Below are positions 22,068-31,587 of a stretch of DNA of 50,526 nt, in pieces. Every line of letters starts with the position of its first letter. Within the stretch, counting starts at the first letter, position 1. The notes under the pieces are model-generated. The model was not told the origin of the DNA. It worked only from the letters and a program-made list of their open reading frames with translations, and did not search any database. Both the position numbers and the translations under genes were made by a program. Origin of the DNA: Aquificaceae bacterium (GTDB lineage Bacteria > Aquificota > Aquificia > Aquificales > Aquificaceae); NCBI GenBank assembly GCA_039630295.1, contig JBCNVH010000009.1:1-50526 (forward strand), given 5' to 3'.

Positions 22068-22783
22068 TCTCCCTGTATACTATGCAATTTTAATGCCATG
22101 GTTTTAAGGAGTTCCACCACCTTTTCAAGCGTTGGTTTTTCAGGCACATGACAGTGGAACCCAAGGCTTTCTTTCAGGAAATCCTTCGTGGTTTTGCCAA
22201 GACAGATTAGGACTTTCCCCCCTAAAAGCCTCTTTATATCTTCCTTTTGCAGATTTGCAAAAAGCCCCTTAAGAGCGGAGGGGCTGGCAAAAAGCACCGC
22301 ATCCGCCCCTGAGAGTTTCTCCAGGAGCTCCTCCCTTTGGTAGGTTTTCTCCTTCAGGGTGTAAACTTCCAGGGGATAGACCTCAAGCCCGAGCTCCTTA
22401 AGACCTTCCATCACCTCATCCCTGCCCACCGCAGACCTTGGCAGGAGCACCCTTCCGGAGAGACCTCTAAAGATTTTCAGGAGCTCCTCTCCGTAGTAGT
22501 CCTCCGGCATAGCCCAGACACTGTAGCCAAAACTTTCTACCTCTCTCTTCGTTTTTTCCCCCACCACTACCACCTTCTCCCCACCCAGCCTGTGTTTTGA
22601 GAGGAAAAGCCTGACAGCCCTCGGGCTCTGAAAGACCACAAAGTCAAAGACCATCTCCGGCACCTGAAACTGGAGGGGCACTTCCTGAATGAGAGGAAGG
22701 GCTATAACTTCAAAACCTTCCCTTTCAAAGAGCGGTCTATCCTTCTGTATATCTTCGAGGCTTCGTGTCAGGACCACCCTCAT
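22064..22783 (-). CDS. hemD: Uroporphyrinogen-III synthase
   Basis: VVLTRS, FQSP, VGEKT, VY, FASPS, LGKTT. Confidence 0.88.
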
Positions 22784-22800
22784 AGCCTATAATTTATCCT
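22784..22800. promoter_or_regulatory. Overlapping divergent -10 elements for hemD and dnaG
   Basis: TATAAT (+, 22788-93) then 7 nt to the dnaG ATG. TAAATT (-) then 7 nt to the hemD ATG. No SD for either gene. Confidence 0.7.
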
Positions 22801-24336
22801 ATGCCAGCCACCAGAGACCAGCTGGGGAAAATAGACATAGTGGATGTCATCTCCTCTTACATAGAACTCAAAAGGGTGGGTAACAACTTCGTTGCCCGAT
22901 GCCCCTTTCATCCAGATGACACACCCTCCTTTTACGTTTCTCCCTCAAGGGGTATCTTTAAATGCTTCGGTTGCGGTGTGGGTGGTGATGCGGTCAAGTT
23001 TGTCTCTCTCTACGAGAATATAGACTATCTGGAAGCCCTTGAAAAGCTTGCAAAAAGATACAACATACCCATAAAACTGAAGAGAAAGGAAAAGAACAGC
23101 AAACTCCTGCTTGCTCTTCAAAGGGTTGCGGAGTTTTACCGGCAGGAGCTGAGAGAAAACCCACAGGCTCTTGCATACCTTCAGAGAAGGGGTTTAAATT
23201 CAAACACCATTAACAAATTCCAGCTGGGTTTTGGCGGAAACACGGAGAGGCTGGTAAAAATCCTCAAGGAGGAGGGTCTTCTTGAGGCTTACGAGAAGAG
23301 CGGTAATCTTGTAAGCATTGAGGGAGATTTTTACAGAGACCTTTTCAGAAACAGGCTGGTCATACCCATAAGAGACATGGGCGGTAACGTGGTAGCTTTC
23401 GGGGGTAGAAGTCTCGAGGGAAACCATCCCAAGTATGTAAACTCTCCCGAATCGGAGGTCTTCAGGAAGGGGGCAAGCCTTTTTGGACTACACGAGGCTA
23501 AGGAATACATAAGAGAAAGGGAGGAAGTTATACTTGTAGAAGGATACTTTGACCTTCTTAGCCTTTGGCAGGAGGGCATAAGGAACTGCGCCGCACCCCT
23601 TGGCACTGCGCTCACCGAGGAGCAAGCCCTTCTCCTCTCAAAACTTACAAAAAGGGTGGTGCTTCTTTACGATGGGGACAGGGCGGGGAGGAAGGCGGTC
23701 AGGTCATCCTTGCCCCATCTTCTTAAGGCGGGTATGAGGGTAAGGGTGGTTTACCTTCCCGAGGGTGAGGACCCGGATTCCTTTGTAAGGAAAGAGCCTG
23801 AGACCCTTAAAAACCTTCTCCTTTCCACCAGCGAGGTGGAGGTTGACTATCTGGAAAGGGTAAGAGAAGGGGACAGGGAGGCTTTTGAGGACCTTCTTTA
23901 CTTTTGCAGCTTTATTCCGGATGGTGTGAAGAGGTATGAGCTTCTTAAGGAGCTCTCAAAGATTACCGGGCTTCCGCTGGCAAGCCTTCAGGAAAGACTG
24001 GTAAAGGTTGAAGGGACAAAAAAAGTTGACAGCTTATCGCTTGCCTATCAGGAGGCGGTCCTGCTGGCAGGTCTTTACAGATTCGGCTTTGAAGGTGTGG
24101 AGCTGGACAGACTAAGGCTGTCACCCCGGGCGATTGAGCTTGTGGAAGCTCTCCGTAAAGAAGAGTATCACCTCCTACCAGACTACATAAAAAACTTCAG
24201 AGCCTACGACCTTCAGAGGGCTTTTCAGGAAAGTCTACACCTGCTAAGACTGCCGGAGATGGAAGAGCCGGAGGACTTTCACAGGGTAAGGGAAAGAAGC
24301 AAGGCACAGCCAAGAAAGCTAAGGATGAAAAGATGA
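22801..24336 (+). CDS. dnaG: DNA primase
   Basis: CPFH...CFGC Zn finger, FGGR, PKYVNSPES, EGYFD, YDGDRAG, DPD. Confidence 0.97.
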   Translation: MPATRDQLGKIDIVDVISSYIELKRVGNNFVARCPFHPDDTPSFYVSPSRGIFKCFGCGVGGDAVKFVSLYENIDYLEALEKLAKRYNIPIKLKRKEKNSKLLLALQRVAEFYRQELRENPQALAYLQRRGLNSNTINKFQLGFGGNTERLVKILKEEGLLEAYEKSGNLVSIEGDFYRDLFRNRLVIPIRDMGGNVVAFGGRSLEGNHPKYVNSPESEVFRKGASLFGLHEAKEYIREREEVILVEGYFDLLSLWQEGIRNCAAPLGTALTEEQALLLSKLTKRVVLLYDGDRAGRKAVRSSLPHLLKAGMRVRVVYLPEGEDPDSFVRKEPETLKNLLLSTSEVEVDYLERVREGDREAFEDLLYFCSFIPDGVKRYELLKELSKITGLPLASLQERLVKVEGTKKVDSLSLAYQEAVLLAGLYRFGFEGVELDRLRLSPRAIELVEALRKEEYHLLPDYIKNFRAYDLQRAFQESLHLLRLPEMEEPEDFHRVRERSKAQPRKLRMKR

Positions 24337-26350
24337 GTGCCCTATTACCCTCTTCATTATCAGTTCTACCTCCTTCAGGCTCTTCCCTTCAAAATCGTAA
24401 AACCTTTCGGGCTCTTCAAGGCTCTTAAAGATAAACCTTAGAGCCTCCAGGCTAAGATCGTGCCTGAGAAGGAGTATCCTGGGACCAGTACCGGCAATAT
24501 GCCTTAAGGAGCTCAAAATCTTCCAAGCTTATCCGCACCTTCTGAGAGCCTGAGGGCTCTCCTCTCTGATTGATATAAGTTCTATCTCCAGCCACCTCAG
24601 AGGTTTTTTCTGTGGCTTTTCTATTCTCCTCTCTCAGAACCTCCAGGACCCTTTTCAGGTCTTCAGGCTTTGTGCCAAGGATGAAGAGGGTTTCCAGATA
24701 GTCCGCATATCTTCTGTTTTTCTCATATTCCTGAGGGTCCACAAAAGCAAGCCTCTTTCTTTTTGAAAAAACCTCAATGCGAACACCCCTGCCTATTGAC
24801 TGAAGCAGAAACTTCTCCGCCTTCTGCTTTCCTATGTTAAGGTAGAGGATCAGGTTTGGTCTGTTGCTGTCCCAACCTTCGTAAAAAGCTCTTGAGCCCA
24901 GAAGCAGGTTTATGCTGGAATGCTCGGGGTTGTTAATTTCATTGAATACCTTCCTTGTGTCAAACTTCTCAACTATTTCATAGCCCTCCAGCTTTTGTCT
25001 CAACCAGTCAGAGATATCACCTATCTTCAGGAGCATGAAGGGTCTGTGGGATACTTTATGTTTAAATAGGAGCTCCTGCGTGTTCTCCTCCATCCTTATC
25101 ACCTCTATTCCCCCAGGACCTTCCGCATTAAAAACCTCGGAGAGGACCTCCTCCAGGGATACATCCTCCACATTTAGAGGATGCCTTTTCTTTTCAAAGG
25201 CGTCCCTCAGATTGGAAAGTTCTTCTTTTAACTCTTCCTGTGCGGAGCTGAATATTCTCTCATCCACCCTTTTCCCTGCAATTTTTGAGAGCTTTCTGAA
25301 GAAGAGCTCAAGGTCTGACTCTTCAGTATTAACCGAGTTGCCAAGCACAAGCATGAGGGGTTCGTGATAGAAGTGGGCTCTTTTCTTTGCCTTTTTTATC
25401 AGTGTGAACAAAATCAGAGTTTTCAAAAGTATCCTTTCCTTCTCTTCCTCCGAAAATTCTCCTTTTCTGTCCACTATCGCCTCAGTGCTGTATCCGAGTA
25501 GAGCTATCCTTTTCCCGTAGCCACGGGAGAGAAAGTCTGCAAGGTTCATGCTGTAGGCGCAGGTTAGATGGTCTATCTCTTCGGTAAAGGTGGCGGAGAA
25601 GTTAAACATGAAGCCTTCCTTTGATAGAGCGGTAAAGATAGCCTGCCTTTTGCTGTCCCTTTTGTCCCCCTTGTGTGCCTCGTCAAGGATTAGATACCAG
25701 TTTCTTGGAAATCTCCGGTAGTTAAGTATCTTTTCCTTCTCCTCCTCCGAGAGAAGGTCAGACCTGTAGTAAAACACATCCACACCATCTCTGTTTAAAT
25801 GCAGGTCTACCCTCGCCTTTACCTTTGCATAGTCCTTAAGACTGAAGGCGTGTATCTTCTCGTCTCTGAGCTGGTTGAACTCTTCAAGGTGCTTCATGAA
25901 CTGCTCTATGAGGTCTTCTCTGTGGGTGAGGAAGAGAAGGTCTGCCTTGGGTATTAGCTTTCTACCGATCAGCTCTTTCAGAACCTCCATGATTTTTATG
26001 ATTACCAGCGTCTTACCGGAGCCTGTTGCCATCCAGAAGCTGGCGCGGTTTATTATCTGTTGCAGGCATATGCTGTCCCCTTCTATCTGAAAACCTTCAT
26101 CGCTAAGTATCTTTATAGCCTGTTTTTTTAGCCTGAAGCAAAGACCCCTACCCTCTGCATAGGTTTTGTATCTATGGTATAGCTTCTCTCTACCTTCTCT
26201 GTAGTAAAGGTTGAGGACTTTTACCGCGCTGACAACCGCCTCCACCTGATATTCAAAGAGAGTTTTGGAGAGAGAAAAGGTAAAGAGGTCTGTTTTCAGC
26301 AGGCTATCGTAGTCTATATTTAAGCCCTTTATTATTCTGCTAAGTATCAT
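24319..26350 (-). CDS. Type III Res-like SF2 helicase/ATPase lacking a C-terminal nuclease (indel near 24490)
   Basis: YQ, MATGSGKT, LILDEAH, FSAT, EGWD, QSIGRGVR. Continues into ORF 24319-24516 (GPRILLLRHDL...). No PD-(D/E)xK motif before the stop. Confidence 0.85.
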
Positions 26351-26824
26351 CTAAGTAGACCTTTTCATGTCTTTAAGTTTTCTCCAGCAATCTTCAAAGG
26401 AGTTGTATCCTGCGCATCTTAAAAATTCCTTGAGCTCGCACACCCTTACCTGAACCGCCTGACCCTCAAGGGATGCCCCGTTAAGGTCAAGAAGTTCCAC
26501 CTCCTCCTTCACCCATATTAGAAGGACAAAGTCCTGGTCTGTGAGTTTTTCCTCCTCGTAAAACACGAAAAGGAAGGGTATTCCCAGCTGCCTTGCCAAG
26601 CCTATAATCGCCCTGTCTGAGTTAACCAGCCGGTATTTACCCTCCCTTATCTGGTACATCCTTTTGGCTTCCAGAAGACAGACATATCTTCTTGTGTTGT
26701 TCTCGTATACATACTCCACAAAGTCCACATCGCTGAAGTAAACCCTTTCTCTCTCATTGCTGACCCCCCTTATCATGTCTCTAAACTCCGTATCCGCATA
26801 ATCCGTCCTTCTCGGTTTATTCAT
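26351..26824 (-). CDS. Small putative PD-(D/E)XK nuclease
   Basis: SDVDFVEY...CLLEAK followed by a helix and LARQLGIPFLFVFY. Abuts mod (3-nt gap) and res (0-nt gap). Confidence 0.65.
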   Translation of the reverse strand: MNKPRRTDYADTEFRDMIRGVSNERERVYFSDVDFVEYVYENNTRRYVCLLEAKRMYQIREGKYRLVNSDRAIIGLARQLGIPFLFVFYEEEKLTDQDFVLLIWVKEEVELLDLNGASLEGQAVQVRVCELKEFLRCAGYNSFEDCWRKLKDMKRST

Positions 26825-26827
26825 GGT

Positions 26828-29311
26828 TCACCACCAGATAAGGGGTTTTACCAGCCTGTAATCCACATCATCCCAGACTATCCTCTCTCCCCCTTCAAAG
26901 ACCACACCCCAGTCATGGATGCTTTCCAGGAACCTGCCCGTAAGGTTAGAAAGGGTCTCCCCCAGGTCCACATCACTGTAAAGGTTGAAAAAGTTGACCC
27001 CTATTTTTTTCTCTTCCAATTCCAGCACCCAGGCGAGCTTCTCGTCTCTCATAAAAACATAGGCTCCAGGTGTATCTTCAAAACCTTTAAAGGGCTCCTC
27101 ATCCTCATACCTGACCCTGGAAAGGGTATCCTCATATTGCTCCAGCTCGTAATACTTGAAAAAGCCACCTGCGCTGTTCCTGTTGTATCTTTCTCTAACC
27201 CCCTCTTCCTCCGATATACCACCCCTGTCATAGGCTAAAACCCTTTTCATCCTCCGCAACACAACTCCGTAGAAGTGCTCACCCATTTCAACTCCTATCC
27301 ATCTCCTCCGGAGCTTATGAGCCACCGCACAGGTTGTCCCCGAGCCGAGAAAGAAGTCCATTATAAGGTCTCCCTCCTCAGAGGTGGACTCTATAACGCG
27401 CCTGAGCAGAGCCTCCGAGTTCTCCGTCAGAAAGCCTGTTGACTTGGAAACGGTATAGACATAGCCGGGTATGTCAGTCCAGTTGTTGGTAAGAGGCACC
27501 TCCCTTCTTCTGTATTCCGCCCTGAAGTCCACCGAACCGCATTGAGGACAGCTTTCTATGTTGACCTCAGGGTTCTGGTGCGTGTAGCCACATCTCCTGC
27601 AGATTATCCTTATGTTGCCCCTTTTGGCTTCCTGTTCTATTCTTTCTTGGGTAAACTGCCAGTGGGTGCCCGCAGGTGCCCTTATGCCTATGCCAAAAAT
27701 AACCCTCAGCGGGTCCCCCCTCTCTTCGGGGAAGAACATACTTGTCCAGTCTATCTCTTCCTCCCTTTTCCTTCTCATAGGCACGCGAAAGGGAGACATC
27801 CTGTCTTTATCCCTGGCGTAGAAAAACAGCGATTCTGTGTCGCTCTCAAACCTCTTCCTCTCTCTGCTCTCCGTCCTTTTACCCCTTCTGATGATTATCT
27901 CGTTCCTGAAGTTTTCCTCACCAAAGACTTGGTCCATAAGGGGTCTAACAATCCAGTTACCCTTCTGACCACACCTGAGGAAGATACTTCCACTTTCCTT
28001 GAGAAACTCTCTGGCTAAAATCAGTCTATTCTCGAGCATGGTCGCCCAGGTGCTGTCCCTGTAGTTAGTTAGATAGAGAAACTGGCTGGAACCCTCAAGG
28101 TTGAAAGGCGGGTCTATGTATATGGTCTGAACCTTTCCTCTGAACTTTGGCAGTATGGTGTTCAGCGCCTGCCAGTTTTCGCTCTTTATCAGCCAGCCAT
28201 CCAGTTCCCTGTCAAGGGGGTGGAAGAGCCCAAGTAGCTCAAGCTCCAGGTCCTTGAAATATCTTGTGTCTATGGGTAAGAACCTGTATTCTCTCTTTAT
28301 AACATCGCCTTCCATCAAAACCTCAGGCTCCCTCTCCAGTATCCCGAGCTCTATCCACTCCCTTACCTGTTCCTTCCAGCCCGCATGCTGTAAGAGTTTT
28401 TTTATTATCTCCATACCCCCCCTTTTGCTCGCTATCCTGTCAAGGCTTATAACATAGTTGGACCTCCTCACAAACTTGGGCTTTTCCCATATTCTCACCA
28501 GTTCTTCTTCAAACTGCCCCACAAAATCTATCAGCCTGTAGGCTATCCTTTTCAACCACTGGACCTGTTCTATCCTCTCCAGTGTCCACTCCACATCAGT
28601 ATCTGTCAGGTATCGGTATAGCCAGAGGTCAAACTGCTCTTTTAAAAACTCTCTTGCCCTTCTATGCAGGAAAAAGTCTGCTTCTCCCTGCCTCTCGAAG
28701 GTTCTTATCGCTTTTTGCAATTCCTCTTCCTTTAAGGACATGCCTGAAGCCTTCGCCTGCCTGCAAATCTCCTCCAGGTCTGTTCTCACGCCACCTTCTC
28801 CGTATTGGACCTTAAGGTGGAGCTCTTCCCCTTCCACTTTGTCAAACTGGTAATAAAGGCTTTTTTTCTCGCTACTTTTCCTGTGTTCTATCTGGCTCGC
28901 ATCAAAGTAAAACTTCCTCCCTTCTATTTCTACTTTCATGCTTTTGAAGAGCCTGTCCGTCTTCACATAGTAGAGCCCACGCGTCTTCCAGAAGAGAGAT
29001 ACATCTTCACCATCACCGTAGACCTTCTCGTAAACCTGATTGTGGGCACCCGAAGGGTTAAAGTGAACGGAACCGCTCTCAGAAAAGTAATTCCTGAAAA
29101 AGCTGTAGAGCCTGTCAAAGAGCTCCTCCCTAAAGTCCGGCCACCTCTGAAGTATTTCCTCTATATCTCTCTTTATAAGCTCCTCTATCTTGCTGTAATA
29201 TTTGGATTTAATCCTGATAAGGTTTATGTAACCTGATTTTCCCTCCACCTCTGCACCCACAAAGAGGTTTTTCAGCGTATCGTAAAAAAGTTTCTCTTTC
29301 TGCTCAACCAT
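26828..29311 (-). CDS. Type III Mod-like N6-adenine DNA methyltransferase (beta class)
   Basis: IYIDPPF precedes the TRD and DFFLGSGTT. Long N-terminal extension (LFWKT..LYYVKT). CRRC/CPQC insertion in the TRD. Confidence 0.92.
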   Translation of the reverse strand: MVEQKEKLFYDTLKNLFVGAEVEGKSGYINLIRIKSKYYSKIEELIKRDIEEILQRWPDFREELFDRLYSFFRNYFSESGSVHFNPSGAHNQVYEKVYGDGEDVSLFWKTRGLYYVKTDRLFKSMKVEIEGRKFYFDASQIEHRKSSEKKSLYYQFDKVEGEELHLKVQYGEGGVRTDLEEICRQAKASGMSLKEEELQKAIRTFERQGEADFFLHRRAREFLKEQFDLWLYRYLTDTDVEWTLERIEQVQWLKRIAYRLIDFVGQFEEELVRIWEKPKFVRRSNYVISLDRIASKRGGMEIIKKLLQHAGWKEQVREWIELGILEREPEVLMEGDVIKREYRFLPIDTRYFKDLELELLGLFHPLDRELDGWLIKSENWQALNTILPKFRGKVQTIYIDPPFNLEGSSQFLYLTNYRDSTWATMLENRLILAREFLKESGSIFLRCGQKGNWIVRPLMDQVFGEENFRNEIIIRRGKRTESRERKRFESDTESLFFYARDKDRMSPFRVPMRRKREEEIDWTSMFFPEERGDPLRVIFGIGIRAPAGTHWQFTQERIEQEAKRGNIRIICRRCGYTHQNPEVNIESCPQCGSVDFRAEYRRREVPLTNNWTDIPGYVYTVSKSTGFLTENSEALLRRVIESTSEEGDLIMDFFLGSGTTCAVAHKLRRRWIGVEMGEHFYGVVLRRMKRVLAYDRGGISEEEGVRERYNRNSAGGFFKYYELEQYEDTLSRVRYEDEEPFKGFEDTPGAYVFMRDEKLAWVLELEEKKIGVNFFNLYSDVDLGETLSNLTGRFLESIHDWGVVFEGGERIVWDDVDYRLVKPLIWW

Positions 29312-29458
29312 AGCCCTTCTTTTCAAAAATGTTTAACCTTTCCATACTCTCCCTATTCTACAGGAAATTAGGGTATGGAGAAAAAGGCTTGTAAGTTGGG
29401 GTTGTATGCTTCTGGACAGTGTCCTGGTTGAGAGTCCAACCTTTTCCACTCCATGGTG

Positions 29459-29959
29459 CTATTTCCTTCTTCTGGACCTACCCTTGAAAAAACTGGTAAG
29501 GAGGTCAAGGGCAACGTGGAAAAGCTCCGATACTATCACTCCAAGGGCAAAGTAGAAAACCCACTCCTTCTCCGCAAGAGAAGAGAGAAAGTCAAAGGGG
29601 TCAAAGAGCAAAAGGAGCTCCTTAAGCCCCGATGCATACCTCTGGAAAATTCCCAGCAGGACAAAATACAGAAAGAGGAAAAGGAGTGTAAAATAGCCAA
29701 GCCTGACAAAAGTGCCCAGAAGGGGGATATGAGATAGTCCCCTGTGCTTTGATAGGTGTTGGTAGGGTCTCCAGAAAAGACGGAAAGCCCTCCATCTTTT
29801 TGAGGGCTTTGAATGAGGAAGGTCAAGGTCAGGAGAGAGCAAGAAGGTGCCAACAAGATAGCCTGCGGTAAAGGGCAGATAAAACTCTCTTGGCATGTAG
29901 TAAAGGCATAAGGGAAGTGCCAGCAGGTTTGCAAAGTCGTGCCCTTTACCAAGAGCCAT
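29459..29959 (-). CDS. DUF2227-like metal-binding membrane protein
   Basis: GKGHD, LSPDLD, W.PY....HRGLSH, HVALD. Confidence 0.85.
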   Translation of the reverse strand: MALGKGHDFANLLALPLCLYYMPREFYLPFTAGYLVGTFLLSPDLDLPHSKPSKRWRAFRLFWRPYQHLSKHRGLSHIPLLGTFVRLGYFTLLFLFLYFVLLGIFQRYASGLKELLLLFDPFDFLSSLAEKEWVFYFALGVIVSELFHVALDLLTSFFKGRSRRRK

Positions 29960-31587
29960 CAAGCCTCCAGGTCTACAAGCAGGAGAGTTTTTGCATTTCT
30001 TCTGTCTATCTGGTAAACCATTCTCTTCTTTCTCACAGGAAACTCCATATTTCTAGTTAGCAGACTATCCCAGACAAGCAGAGAAAAATCCCCTACTCGA
30101 AGCATAAGTTTTTCCTCTTTTCTTCTCACGGGCACAAGGTCCACAGGCTCTGAAAGGAAAAGGGGTTCGGGAAAGCCTTCACCGTAAGGCTCGAGCTCTC
30201 TCAGAAGTTTATAGAGGTTCTGGTTTATGGAGGAGAGGGGAAGGCTCGTATCTATGTAAATCTTACCCTCTTCTCTTTCCTCTTCTGAGAAGACTTCTCT
30301 AACCAGCCTTTCAAAAAGGGGGACCTGTTCGCTCCTTATGGTAAAGCCGGCGGCTGAGGAATGCCCACCCCATTTGACAAAGAGTTCAGAGATAGTCTTA
30401 AGAGAAGAATAAACATCCACACCCTCCCTTCCCCTCACAGAGGCGCTGGCGTATTCTCTACCCATGGAGAGAACAACTGCGGTCCTGTTAAAGGTTTTTG
30501 CCAGCCTCCCCGCCACTATGCCCGCAACACCACCCGCCCGTTCCTCCAGCTTTACCACAATCACCCTTTCTTCTCTCTGCGCGTAAGCCTGCTTCATCGC
30601 CTCCTCAAAGGCAAGCTGACTCAGATGTTTCCTGTATTGGTTTAGCCTGTCTATCTTATCCATTAGCTCCTGAGCTCTTTTCTCATCCTTCTCAAGGACC
30701 AGCTTGAAAGAAAGGTAAGGTTTTGCCACCCGTCCTGGTGCGTTGAGCCTGGGCGCCAGCGAGAAGGCTATGTCTCTTGAGCTCACTTCCTCCTTGATGC
30801 CCGACCTTTCCATGAGAAGTCTCATGCCGGGTGAATGAACATTACCTCTGAGTATGTGGTTAAGGAGCTTTATGCCGTTGGAGACTATTATCCTGTTCAG
30901 GGGGTTCATAGGCACCACATCCGCCACTGTGCCAAGACAGGCAAGGTGCAGATAATCACGCACATCCACCTCAAGCCCGAGCTCTCTCTTCAAAAGGACG
31001 GAAAGGTAAAAGGCAAGTCCTGAGGAAGAAAGCTCTCTGAACTCTCTAACCTCCCCTTTACCAAGCTTTGGGTTAACTATAAGAACAGGGGGCAGTTCTT
31101 CGCCCGGATTGTGATGGTCTAACACAATGGTGGGTATGTTCAGGAGGTTCAGCTCTTCCACCGCATTTGTGCCGTTATCTACGGTTATGAGAAGGTCCGC
31201 ATACCTGCTTAGCCTGATAGCTAACTCCTTTGTAAGCCCATAACCCCTCTTTCTTGAGGGGAGTAGGGGCAGAACCCTTGCTCCTGCCTGCTTTAGCAGG
31301 TGATAGAGCATGGCGGTGCCGGTTATACCGTCCACATCGTAATCTCCAAAGAGGACTATCCTCCTGCCCTTTCGCACATACTCCGCTATGAGCTGGCTGG
31401 CTGTGGTTATATTAGGAATTTCAAAGGGTGGTAAAAGATTTTTCAGCCTGTTCTCCAGAGCGCTCTCGTCCATGTTTCTGTTTGCAAGGAACTGGGCTTT
31501 TAAGTAGCCCACCTTCCTTACGAGCTCCTCGTCAGGCTTTATGACCTCGCTCAGCAGTAACCATTCCTTGCCAGAAACACCCTTCAT
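29959..31587 (-). CDS. recJ: ssDNA exonuclease RecJ (DHH family)
   Basis: GDYDVDG, TVDNG, DHH, GTVADV, PRLNAPGR, GGH..AAG. Confidence 0.93.
   Translation of the reverse strand: MKGVSGKEWLLLSEVIKPDEELVRKVGYLKAQFLANRNMDESALENRLKNLLPPFEIPNITTASQLIAEYVRKGRRIVLFGDYDVDGITGTAMLYHLLKQAGARVLPLLPSRKRGYGLTKELAIRLSRYADLLITVDNGTNAVEELNLLNIPTIVLDHHNPGEELPPVLIVNPKLGKGEVREFRELSSSGLAFYLSVLLKRELGLEVDVRDYLHLACLGTVADVVPMNPLNRIIVSNGIKLLNHILRGNVHSPGMRLLMERSGIKEEVSSRDIAFSLAPRLNAPGRVAKPYLSFKLVLEKDEKRAQELMDKIDRLNQYRKHLSQLAFEEAMKQAYAQREERVIVVKLEERAGGVAGIVAGRLAKTFNRTAVVLSMGREYASASVRGREGVDVYSSLKTISELFVKWGGHSSAAGFTIRSEQVPLFERLVREVFSEEEREEGKIYIDTSLPLSSINQNLYKLLRELEPYGEGFPEPLFLSEPVDLVPVRRKEEKLMLRVGDFSLLVWDSLLTRNMEFPVRKKRMVYQIDRRNAKTLLLVDLEA

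Noticed and set aside
28416-28422. G7 tract in mod as a phase-variation switch
   Set aside because: Short, in frame and mid-gene. I saw no long simple-sequence repeat in mod.
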